A DNA stretch of 63,722 nucleotides, filler included. It is 14 parts of 14 records of this genome, joined end to end, with 100 filler letters (N's around TTAATTAATTAA, not from the genome) between each part and the next. Parts side by side here need not be neighbours in the genome. Positions count along the whole stretch, not along the records: positions 50,476 to 55,145 come from SRR15195285_8267; positions 55,246 to 60,261 come from SRR15195285_8270; positions 60,362 to 63,722 come from SRR15195285_8273; 11 more parts are not named here. One strand, 5' to 3'. Shown here piece by piece: positions 50,540 through 60,642 of the stretch. Made by a program: the position numbers and the translations under genes. The notes below the pieces were generated by a model that saw only the letters and a list, made by a program, of their open reading frames with translations, had not been told where the DNA came from and did not search any database. Each line of letters begins with the position of its first letter. The stretch's first letter is position 1.

Positions 50540-53500
50540 ATGTCGATGGAGATGGAGATGCAGGAGCAGCTGCCGCAGGAGCCGGGCGCGGCGCCCGCGG
50601 TGGTGCACGACCCGATGGCGGGGCCGGTGGGCGGGATCATGATCGAGGGGCAGCGCTCGATGCAGGAGGAACTGGAGTCGCTGGTGCAGTTGAAGAAGCA
50701 GTACAATAAGATGGTGATTGGCGGCGGCGCCGCCATCTCGGTGCTGTTCGTGATCGTGATCGCCATGATGGTGTCGAGCCCCGAGCCGGCGGACAGCGCG
50801 GCCGAGGAGGCGGAGATCGCGCAACTGCAGGCCCAGCTCGAGGCCGAAGAGGGGACGCAGGCGCAAGAGCTTGCGGAGCTCGAGCAGCTGCGAGGCGAGC
50901 TGACCGCGGGCCCCAACGTTGGTGCCGTGGACGGCGACGCTGCAAATCGCCTGCGGGCAGGACGCCCCCTCCCGCTGGGCACCTCGCCGCACTTCTGCTT
51001 CGGTGCACAATCGTCAGAGACCTACGTTGAGCGATGGTCCGAGAACCTCTACGCCTCCGGTAACTACGACTTCACGGACACGCGCTGGCGCATCGTGGAC
51101 GACGACCCTATCAGCGAACCTGGCTACTGGGCGTCGTACCGGCCTGAGGAGCTCTCACCCAACACGTTTGCAACGGGCCAGGGTTGGGCAGTCTACCAGG
51201 GGTCCAACGCGTGGGGCAACTACCCAGGTGACAACGCGCTGAGCGGGACCTTCCTGATGTACGACGGTGAGTCTGGCACGCGCATGGACGAGCTGCGAGC
51301 CACGGACGCGGACATGGACGAGTTCATCATCGAGGCTGATGTGATGCTGCATGACAACGACGGCATCGGTTTTGTGTTTGGCTTCAAGCACATCAACGAC
51401 CACTTCACGGCCGTCGAGATCAACGACCAGTGGCCCGGCCCCGCCGCTGACGGCATCAGTGGACCGTTCCAAAAGATTCACAAACGCAACGACCCGCTCC
51501 CGGGTCAGGGGACTTGTGGTATCTTCTCCAAGAGTGGCTGGTCAGCGGAAGATGCAAGTGCAGACTCCCGATGCGGTGGAAGCATGGTTTTTCACGACGA
51601 CAACCAAGCGACTCGTGGCCAGGAGGCTGGCGAGATGTATCAGAACACGGTGTACACTCTGCTGCCATCGCCGGAAGGTGACGACGGACTCAGCATCAAC
51701 AAAGCCAACTACAACCCGTACCCAGAGGGGGGTGAGTGGTTTAAGATCGGGCTCAAGGTTAGTCGCATCAATCGGCGTCGCGGTGAATACACGCAGGACG
51801 TAGGACCAGCATACTTTGTCACGTATCAGAGCACCCGTACGGACGTCGACAGCATGCAGTCATCGAGCGCGGACGGTGGCTACATGGTCGAACGAATCAC
51901 TGCTCGTGTGCAGGACTCCCTATATCGTGGTGGCAAAGTCGGTCTCTTCACATACGCCACCCAGATGAGTATCGACAACATTGCCATCACGCCGATCGGG
52001 TCCAATCATGCAGAAGTCACTTACTGCAGCGGCGCTGGGCAGTGCAGCAACGAGATGTACTCTGCATCGACAACCGACGATATTTACCTGGGAGGTTGCC
52101 CAGTTGAGACTCTTCACACTTTCACAACACAGTTTTGTGCCGAGGATGAGTCCCGCTGCCATCACTGCACGCAGTTTGACACGCTCAGGCAGTGCATGGA
52201 ACACTGTAGCGAGCTTGGACCCGCCTGCGGCGGGTGCACTTTTGAATGTCATGACGATGTCCACGGTGGTTCCATCGACAACCCGGACACGTGCGCCGAA
52301 GTCGTGGCGCCAGACTGTGGTGATGCCATTGATTCGTGCCCAGCTGCTGGGCGCGGGCCTTCTTGCGATCCATCCGCTTTCGAGGCCGGCGTCACCCCCG
52401 ATGATGATAGCGCGGGCTGCTGGAAATATGAAATCCGGGCGTCCACAGAATTCCGGTCGTCGCCGTACCACGAGCGCTCGTATAAGAAGCTGTCTTACAC
52501 TTGCTTATGCGATGTGGAGCCACACACAGTTTCAGTAGGCGCTGTATTCGAAGATGTGTACGTGTTCCCGGACTGCTCGCGATCTTACCAGGACATGGAA
52601 CTGGGCTGTATGGACCCGGCTGCGAACAATTATGACCCGCATGCTGGCAAGCACGATCATTCGTGCACGTACTCGTTCGAGCATGGTGCCCTGGACTTCT
52701 CGTTCACAGGGACGCTCGACCCAACTGACGTCATGGATGGGCACGTTGCAATTGCCGCCGGCACCGAGTCGCTCCCACAGCGCAACCATACGGTGGAGTG
52801 CTGGGTGAAGCTGATGGATGTGAACGACTGGGCTGGCCCAGTGTCGTTCGGGCAGGACGATGCAGGCCAGGAGTACGGTGTGTTCCTGAGCATGAGGACC
52901 GACAGCTCACTACCTGAGGGATCTGCATACCTGACCTACGCTCTGAGCACCGACGGCTCCAATGATGGCGACGGGCGTTTGACGTATCTCGGCTACGAGG
53001 GGCCGTCCGGCAAAGTTGCCGCTGCTGTTGTAGACTCTACTGAGGACACTTGGCATCACTGGGCAGGCACCTACGATGGAAGGACCATGAAGTTGTTCGT
53101 GGATGGCGAGCCAGTCGCCCAAGATGACACATCCAACAGCCGCGATATCAATTACCCGCCCTTGTCATACCGGCGATCGGTGGACCAAGTCCACGGCGGC
53201 TGGTTTACCCTAGGAGCCTACCATGATGCAAACGAGTATATTGTGTTGAACGGTGCGCTCGATGACGTCCGCATTTGGAATAGAGCTCTGCCCAACGCGG
53301 AAATGACCGCCGACCCAACAATTCGTGGAGGAGCATGCCATCCCTTGTCAGGTATTGAGAGGGGACTCCTCCACTATTTTCACTTCGATGAGCTGGTGGG
53401 TGGCAGCTACGGAGACGTAGTCCAGAACGCAGTGCCAGGAGGAGCCACGGGGTTCCTGGTAGGGAATGTGAAGCGGGTTGAACATTCACTATGCGATGCA

Positions 53501-54418
53501 TCAGGCTGCATGGACCCAGCTGCCAAAAATTACTGCGGCCGAACTGGGGATCCGTGCACAACTTCAGACCACAGTTGCCAGTACCGCTGGTCTGCAGGTG
53601 CTGTCCTCACTGAGCCGAGCCTCGTTGGCAGAACGATCCTGTCTGAGGAAGATGCAGCAGTACTTGAAGGTATCTCAGCTACGCGCGGGCATGTTGCGGT
53701 CGAGGGCATTCGGGTGGGCAGCTCGCAACTGCCCACGCGTGAACTGACCGTCGAGTGTTGGGTCAAGCTTTCAGGCGTCATGGAGTGGTCGGGCTGTGTG
53801 TCATTTGCGCAAGACGACGGCCCAGAAGAATTTGGCTTCACGATGAGCATGCTGGGTGCTGACGCAACAGATAGCTCAGTTGCACTGGGTTTTGGGCTTG
53901 CCACAGCCGACGCCACGTCGCAGAATGACTGCGAGGACGGTCGCCGGTGTGGCATGACCTACATTGGCAACAGTGGGCCACGCATCAGAGCCGGCGACGG
54001 CGAGTGGCATCACTGGGCTGCCACATATGATGGCACAACGATGCAACTGATCGTCGACGGAACTGTTGCGGTGACCGACTCGACCAGCCAATCTGGCGAC
54101 GTGATTTACCCTCGCGAGGACTATCATGCAATGGGTGGAGGCCTCTTCACGATCGCTGCCTACCACGATTCGAATGAATACTGGCCTATGCTTGGTTCCA
54201 CGGACGAGGTCAGAATCTGGAATACTGCACAACAGGCGGCGTCTTTCTGTGTGGTGGATGCCCCCCTGCCACCGACGCTGCTGGGCTACTGGAAATTCGA
54301 CGAGCATCAGGGGGCTGACGTGCGAAATGAAGTCATTGGAGGCAGCGACGGTGTGCTGGTGGGCGATATCATCAGGGTCGGAGATGATGTTGCGAGCCAG
54401 TGCGGCACGGGTCGCTAA
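50540..54418 (+). CDS. Type II membrane protein with thrombospondin C-terminal-like lectin domain, Cys-rich linkers and two LamG/pentraxin domains
   Basis: N-terminal TM and coiled coil, then HDNDGIGFVFGF and YRGGKVGLF. Two GCMDPAAxNY repeats and two TVECWVK...WHHWAxTYDG...D(D/E)VRIWN domains. Intronless. Confidence 0.85.
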   Translation: MSMEMEMQEQLPQEPGAAPAVVHDPMAGPVGGIMIEGQRSMQEELESLVQLKKQYNKMVIGGGAAISVLFVIVIAMMVSSPEPADSAAEEAEIAQLQAQLEAEEGTQAQELAELEQLRGELTAGPNVGAVDGDAANRLRAGRPLPLGTSPHFCFGAQSSETYVERWSENLYASGNYDFTDTRWRIVDDDPISEPGYWASYRPEELSPNTFATGQGWAVYQGSNAWGNYPGDNALSGTFLMYDGESGTRMDELRATDADMDEFIIEADVMLHDNDGIGFVFGFKHINDHFTAVEINDQWPGPAADGISGPFQKIHKRNDPLPGQGTCGIFSKSGWSAEDASADSRCGGSMVFHDDNQATRGQEAGEMYQNTVYTLLPSPEGDDGLSINKANYNPYPEGGEWFKIGLKVSRINRRRGEYTQDVGPAYFVTYQSTRTDVDSMQSSSADGGYMVERITARVQDSLYRGGKVGLFTYATQMSIDNIAITPIGSNHAEVTYCSGAGQCSNEMYSASTTDDIYLGGCPVETLHTFTTQFCAEDESRCHHCTQFDTLRQCMEHCSELGPACGGCTFECHDDVHGGSIDNPDTCAEVVAPDCGDAIDSCPAAGRGPSCDPSAFEAGVTPDDDSAGCWKYEIRASTEFRSSPYHERSYKKLSYTCLCDVEPHTVSVGAVFEDVYVFPDCSRSYQDMELGCMDPAANNYDPHAGKHDHSCTYSFEHGALDFSFTGTLDPTDVMDGHVAIAAGTESLPQRNHTVECWVKLMDVNDWAGPVSFGQDDAGQEYGVFLSMRTDSSLPEGSAYLTYALSTDGSNDGDGRLTYLGYEGPSGKVAAAVVDSTEDTWHHWAGTYDGRTMKLFVDGEPVAQDDTSNSRDINYPPLSYRRSVDQVHGGWFTLGAYHDANEYIVLNGALDDVRIWNRALPNAEMTADPTIRGGACHPLSGIERGLLHYFHFDELVGGSYGDVVQNAVPGGATGFLVGNVKRVEHSLCDASGCMDPAAKNYCGRTGDPCTTSDHSCQYRWSAGAVLTEPSLVGRTILSEEDAAVLEGISATRGHVAVEGIRVGSSQLPTRELTVECWVKLSGVMEWSGCVSFAQDDGPEEFGFTMSMLGADATDSSVALGFGLATADATSQNDCEDGRRCGMTYIGNSGPRIRAGDGEWHHWAATYDGTTMQLIVDGTVAVTDSTSQSGDVIYPREDYHAMGGGLFTIAAYHDSNEYWPMLGSTDEVRIWNTAQQAASFCVVDAPLPPTLLGYWKFDEHQGADVRNEVIGGSDGVLVGDIIRVGDDVASQCGTGR

Positions 54419-54483
54419 TGCAAGTGCACGCGCCGCACTAGTTTCGAATTGCTCCATCCACGCCCACGAATCTAAGATCATGT

Positions 54484-55005
54484 TCATTGTGCCTTTTTGC
54501 TCCGCACGTGTAGCTTCCTGCTCTCAGCGCTTTGTGGGCCTTTCCCCGCACTAGTTGCATCTGCATCTGCATCTGCGTCTGCGTCTGCGTCTGCGGAAAC
54601 CGCGCTCGCCGCTCGCTGAGTGTTGAGTCCAAGCGTATATGCAACGTAGCCGTCCCACCACATCGCCAGCAGCACGAGCGCCCAGCCTGCCAGCGCGATG
54701 CACCCGCACATCACGCCGTCCTCTTCGCTGATGTGACCCCATCCATCTGGTGTCGGCACAGCCACATCGTATCGATAGCTGTACCACCAGGTGGAGCAGG
54801 CCACTGGGGGCGGTATCAGCAAGACCGTTCTCATCGGAAAGCCCTCAAACTCTCGCTGCGGCTCGTCGTCGCCTCTCCACAGTCTACGAGCCGCGCTATC
54901 GCGATGCAGCAACAAGGACCCTAAGACCATGTCTAGTGTCTGCCTCACAGCGTCACGGAAAAGTCTACTGGCGCCCAGCGGTGCGAGCTGAGTTGAGCTG
55001 CTCAC
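54484..55005 (-). CDS. Small two-TM hypothetical protein with (AD)n tract
   Basis: Hydrophobic segments and a GCAGAY hexamer repeat at 54557-54595. Start uncertain. Confidence 0.4.
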   Translation of the reverse strand: MSSSTQLAPLGASRLFRDAVRQTLDMVLGSLLLHRDSAARRLWRGDDEPQREFEGFPMRTVLLIPPPVACSTWWYSYRYDVAVPTPDGWGHISEEDGVMCGCIALAGWALVLLAMWWDGYVAYTLGLNTQRAASAVSADADADADADADATSAGKGPQSAESRKLHVRSKKAQ

Positions 55006-55657
55006 TGTGCGACTGCGTGCCGAGTGCCGAAGCGCGCGCGCGTGCGCCCAGCAGCCACCAGCGCGCCCATCCGCAGGCAGCTAGCGACCAGCCCGCCGCC
55101 GCGCGGCGCTGTTTCTAATATGATACTTGGTCTTGAATCCAGGAANNNNNNNNNNNNNNNNNNNNNNNNNNNNNNNNNNNNNNNNNNNNTTAATTAATTA
55201 ANNNNNNNNNNNNNNNNNNNNNNNNNNNNNNNNNNNNNNNNNNNNGACACTAAGTTAATCTAGTGTCGGCCCGCTAGAGTCGAGGTTTCGATGCGAGATC
55301 TGCACCAATCAATGCGATCCAACGGGGAGAAGCCGAGCGTGCCAATCTACGGAACGCGTCACTACCACTCAATGTACTAAATCTGAGCGCTACTGGCCTG
55401 ACTGAGCAACAGCACTGAAACCCATCAGCATTGCATCTGGCATCTCCGCCGTCTCCACTAGTTCCGACCACGGAACATCTGTGTGCCGGGATCACGGCGG
55501 ACGTTCCGGATTGGTGGGGTGGGGTCGGGTCTGCGCTGCACACGGTGAGTCGATGCATCTCGCCTGACACAAACGTGGAGCGCTGCCAAAGGTTGCGTCA
55601 TGAACCTAGAAGAGGACTGTGTGGTGAGGTCGTGCTAGGGGGCTGAGTATATGGTCT

Positions 55658-55692
55658 TGACACCGGACATACGGCCCGTATTTCTGGTGTCA
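55658..55692. repeat. Dispersed palindrome, diverged copy 4
   Basis: TGACACCGGACATACGGCCCGTATTTCTGGTGTCA. Confidence 0.75.
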
Positions 55693-55954
55693 ACTGTAGC
55701 ACCGGTGTCTGGTCGCCCTAGACCGGTTGAGAGGAACAATAATTGAAGAAGGAAGCAAACAGGGACTGAATGATTGTTTGGACTGCCTGTGTTCATTCTT
55801 CTTCACGCGCGCACAATACAACTCGATTATATTGCATTGGTCGAGTTAACGAGAAAGAGAGAAGCTCAGCAGCGCTGAAAACATCTCTCAGGAGGAGGGA
55901 TGCTTATCACCATCACCATCGCCATCTAATCACTTTAGCTCGTGGCATCCTGCA

Positions 55955-58900
55955 TCATTCGCCCTCGAGTGGGTTGCCGTCAACAGTCATCTCCCTGTAG
56001 ATCGGGTGCAGCACGGGGTTAAACCGCTCCCACCACAGCTCCGCCTTCTTCCCCACGTTGAGATTGGCGTCTGGATGCGTGTGGTTCGTGGCTGTGTGGT
56101 TGGCCGGATAGGCGACATTGTCCGCAACGATGGGTGTGACGTCTGTGGTCTCTTGGTACCAACGCAACAGCCCATCGAGCATCTCTTGCTGCACTGCCGC
56201 CACGCTCACATGTCCCCAAAGGTTCGTTAGCTCACGCGGATCCGCTGTCAAGTTGTACAACTCGGACACCTCACGCGGCCGGAAGACAAGCTTGTGGGTG
56301 AGCGTGCGCGCCATGACAGCACGTGGTGATCCGAGGCAGCCCACCCAGTTAGGATCATCCCAGTGCGACCTGTTGCACCCGTAAGGTTTGCTCGTCGGTG
56401 CGGACGGGTTGAATCCACTGTAGTTCAGGATCTCTTCCAGCCCACGGTGGCCGTAGAAATCGTCATTGAGATCGCAGTCGCCCGCTATGGGCTCAATCTC
56501 CGTTGGGTAAAGAAACCCACCTGCAAAAGAAACACAACGAATCGCCAGCCGCGTTTTGGTCTTGAGTTTCCCTCCAGGAACGCCGATGACTTGCCAAGGC
56601 AGTACTCTCGACTTCTGAGGCTTGGGACAGAAATTTGGAAGCATCATCACTTAAAGACGTACCATCCGAGTAGACCACGCGCTCCGGATCGCCCTTTGCA
56701 CCCATGAGCTGCGGAACGAGCGAGGTTGCAAAGTGCGTCCGATTAGGGGTGATGCCCGCGAGCTCGAGCGCTGTTGGCATGATGTCGAAGACCTGGATCT
56801 GCTCCTCTACAATGTGACCGCGCGCTGGGCTAGCGCCCTTATGAAACGGTAGGTACTCCGGTGACGGCATGCGTGCGACGAACGGGACATGGGTCAGCAG
56901 GTCGTCGACGGCACCAGGCCACTTCTCAACAAGGTGGTGGTTGCCACTAAAATCGCCGTGGTCTGATGATGAGACGAACATGAAGGAAAACACACAAGCA
57001 CGTTTTGAGTTTCGGAATATAAGTTTCGTCGAACTGAGATGCATGGTACCTCATACGAAATCAAGCCATATGCCTGGCAGGCTCCAGACAGACGTGAGGA
57101 AACCCACCTGAGGAGACGAAAAAGGCCGTTCGTTCCTTGAGACCCGGTGCATTTGTATTGTTGTCGATCGCTGCGAGGAGGTCGCCTAGCTCTGTGTCCA
57201 CTTGGTGAACCATATCCAGGTATACCTGCGAAAAGCCGCCAATTAGAACGCCACATCCATATATCATGATTAGGGTTTCTCACCGAGTTCAGCCTGTACC
57301 AGAAAGCTTCGTCCTCCGTTGCCAGCGGCTCCCGATCCAGGTCATGGTAGTGCACAATTCCATCCTCCCTTCGGTACATAGGGTAGCTATGGTTCAAGGA
57401 GCTGATTGGTGGACGGAGTGGCGCCTTTTCTTTGACGTCGCGCCAATCGTAGATTGACGACGTGCAGTTGTTGTACATAGAGAAAAAACCTGGATCGCCC
57501 TCTTTGAAACAGGGGCCGGAGGGATTCGGAGCCGTTTCGGGATCGCCATGGCCCCGGTAGGCCGGGTGGGCTCCGATGGTTGGTATGAACATGAAAAAAG
57601 GCTCTTTTGTGTTCTTCGAAAGGAATTCGAGCATGTGGTTCTCTGTCATGCCCTCCCTGCAAGCACAAAACGGTCTCATGGTTAAGCTCAGGAACATGGG
57701 TGGACACGAATAAAAGGCTGTGTTGTCCACACCAGTAGTCGATGTATTTGAAGGCGTTCGGGCCTAGTGCATCGTCCTTTCCGAACCAGTTAATGTAGTA
57801 CCCGGCGTCATGCAGGTACCTGCTCCGACAGACGATACGGCAGTTGACCAGCAACAGTCACAACAGTCCAAATCTTCGGAAAGAAAGTTATTGTTTGCTA
57901 GACGGACATATTTACTGGAGTAGGCACTTGAAAATGTCAGGCTCCCACTCCTCTACACCGTGAGACTGCGTCCGATGCCCGGTGGTATGCATGTAACGAC
58001 CAGTAACGATAGCGTGACGCGACGGCGCACATTGCGTGTGCAGCACGTGGGCTTGCTTGAACAGCGTGCCCTCCTTTGCCAAAGCGTCCATGAAAGGTGT
58101 CTCTGTTACCGGATTTCCGTACTCCCCACCACATGACTCGGCCGCGATCGTGTCGGGGAAGTAGAACACGAAGTTTGGGCGCTTGTCCCCTGGTGCACGG
58201 GTGCCGTTTGGCACCATGGGATTGACCGGGTAGCCGTCCGTCCCCATTTTAGGCGCGCCACGCCCGGTCTGCACCTGCCAGTCTATGGTGTCGCTAGTCT
58301 CCTGGTACCACTGCAGCATCTCACCTAGGAGGTGTTTCTTGGCCGAGACCAACGACGGCTCTTCGGTGTCCCAAAGATTCCTCAGCTCCTGCGGATCCGC
58401 GGAGAGATCGTAGAGCTCGGAGGTGTCACCGTTGGCGCGGTAGACGACCTTGTGTGTCAGCGTGCGGGCCATAGTCGCGCGAGGGCTCCCGAGGCATCCC
58501 TTGTAGTTCGGTTGTCTCAGTGAAATATTCTACGCACAAAGAAACACACAACGACGGTTTTTTCAGCATTCCTTGTGCCCGTTTGTCCCGATTCTGTCTT
58601 GGGCAGTGGTTGTTCTTCCAACAATGAGAAAGTGGTACAAAAACAAGCAGCCTATTTCGCAACCACCTGCGGGCAGCCCTCTAGCTCTTCCTGTCTGCGC
58701 GGCCACTCCAGTGAACGCGGATCTGAGGAATTCGCCATCACAGGACCACCAGAGTGCAGCGGCTCAAGCTCGGCCGGGTACAGAAAGCCCGCCTCAGCAT
58801 AAATAATACGCGCTGGATCACCAGCCGCACCCTTGAGCTGCGGGACGAGGGAGCGCGCGAAGTGTGTGTTCTTTGTGGTCGGACGTGAGGAGCCGTCCTT

Positions 58901-60261
58901 GTGGCTCAGCTCGAGGATGGTAGGCATGACGTCAAATAGTTGGACCTGCTCCTTCACAACGTGGCCTGCAATGATGACGAATTTCTTCTCACGTTAGTTT
59001 CAAATATGGTGGCACCCAAACAGGTGGCGCGCAAACAAAATGCGCGTTGAGACCACACCTTTCGCGCCCCCGGGAATGCGCACAACGAGCGGAACTCGCG
59101 TGAGCACATCGTCCAGTCCACCTCCCCAGCTCTTAACCAGCCCGAAGTCGCCAGCGTAATCGCCGCTCTCCGCGGAGGCAAGCACGGCCGTCGTGCTATC
59201 CAGGGCTGGGTTCTTCTCCAGCTGCTCGAGCAATAGCCCCAGCAGTTTGTCGACGTTGTTCGTCACCGACTGCAGGTAGGACGCGTGCAGGCGGTAGTAG
59301 TAGTCGCTTTCGCCGCCAGTCGCTGCCGGCAGCTTGCGGTAGGCCGGGATCTTCGTGTGGTAACTGGGTTTCTTGCTGCTCACTGGCTGGACAGGGCGCA
59401 GCGGCGCGTCCGCTTCGATCTTCTTGAAGTCGTAGATCGAGCTACCGTTGTTGTAGTAGCTGTAGTACCCGAGCTCGCCAAACGCTGGCGGCGCCTCGCC
59501 CGCACCCAGTGTCCCTCTGTAGTCGCCACCGGGGGTGCTGACTAGCATGACAAACGGCTGTGACTCGCCGCTCTCTGGGTCGGTCGGCGGTTTTGCAAGG
59601 AATTCAAGCATGGCAGTGGTGTTTGTCACGCTAGCCTCAGGCGCCCAGTAGTCCACCTTTGCCAGCGATTCCTCGCTGAGCAGGTAGTTCTTGCCGAAAA
59701 ACGCTACGTAGTAACCTGCAAACAAAGCAAACAACTTTTTAGCTTTCGTTGTATCGTATTTGTTCCCGAGACAGTCATGACAAAGGTCCGTTCTCCTACA
59801 GGAAATTACACCACAAAAGACCGATTCTTTCGGTTCCGCACCCTGATCATGGAGGAGGCCGAACAGGTTCGATTCCCAGGACTGCACGAGGTGCTGCGTG
59901 GTGCGGTGGTTCTTCGTGTGAACGTAGCGCGCAGTGGCCATCGCGACACGACTCGGAGTGCCACCCGGCGCCAGCGTGTGCGCCTGCTGGAAGAGCGTGC
60001 CCTGCGCCGCCAGCCTGTCGAAGGCGGGGGACTTGGCGACCGGGTGGCCATACGTGCCGAGCGACTCCGCACGCACTGCGTCCGGCAGGAAGAGCAGGAA
60101 GTTCGTGCCCGAGGGTGGTACCGGCGGCAATGGTGGTGGTGAGGGCGGTCCATGCGGATGCGGCGGGGCGGGCGATGGGGCGCGGCCAGACGTGCCCGCG
60201 GTGCAGTCGGATCCTGGCCCCTCAGACCGGCCTTGGATGGTGGAGAAGAGGAAGCAGTGGG
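55955..60261 (-). CDS. Tandem two-domain sulfatase (first domain lacks the catalytic Cys), 5' partial, multi-intron
   Basis: Domain 1 has FLPDAVRAE, GTPSR and AESGDYAG. Domain 2 has YFPDTIAAE, CAPSR and SDHGDFSG. Both end in GCLGSPRA.MARTLTHK...SELY.L.ADP.EL.NLW. The two are joined in one ORF (57912-58472). Confidence 0.88.
57819..57924 (-). mobile_element. Introner-like element family A, copy 3 (sulfatase intron 57820-57927)
   Basis: GTA-CCTGCTCCGA...CTGGAGTAGG-CAC. Internal AGCAACAGTCACAACAGTCCA. Junction TTC AA|G TAC. Confidence 0.8.
58530..58666 (-). mobile_element. Repeated intron family B copy
   Basis: GT-AG intron containing GTTTGTCCCGATTCTGTCTTGG (58581-58602). Confidence 0.65.
59716..59841 (-). 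mobile_element. Repeated intron family B copy (diverged)
   Basis: GT-AG intron containing TTTGTTCCCGAGACAGTCATGACAAA. Confidence 0.5.
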
Positions 60262-60642
60262 NNNNNNNNNNNNNNNNNNNNNNNNNNNNNNNNNNNNNNN
60301 NNNNNTTAATTAATTAANNNNNNNNNNNNNNNNNNNNNNNNNNNNNNNNNNNNNNNNNNNNGGGAAAATTGAAATGCCGATCTGACTGTCCAGTCGACAC
60401 CCACTGCCGGTGTGAGGGAAGGACTCATGCAATAAAATGACTCCCTTCGGGACTCTTCGATGAGCTACTGCACAGTGTGTCTGTGTGCCTGCGCGGAAAG
60501 GCAAACGGCGGCGGGAACGCCCTCCATTTGCATTTCCACACACGGCGCGGCCGGAAGTTCGCGTTCCGTCGTTCCGCGCGTACGGCACTAAGCTGCGTGC
60601 TGGTGCCAGTGAGGAACGCGACGGACAGCGGACGGACGACCG

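Noticed and set aside
4557-60361. Regularly recurring TTAATTAATTAA within N runs as a biological repeat or CRISPR-like array
   Set aside because: It is an identical 100-nt synthetic spacer used to concatenate contigs. ORFs ending in XXX-LIN are artefacts.
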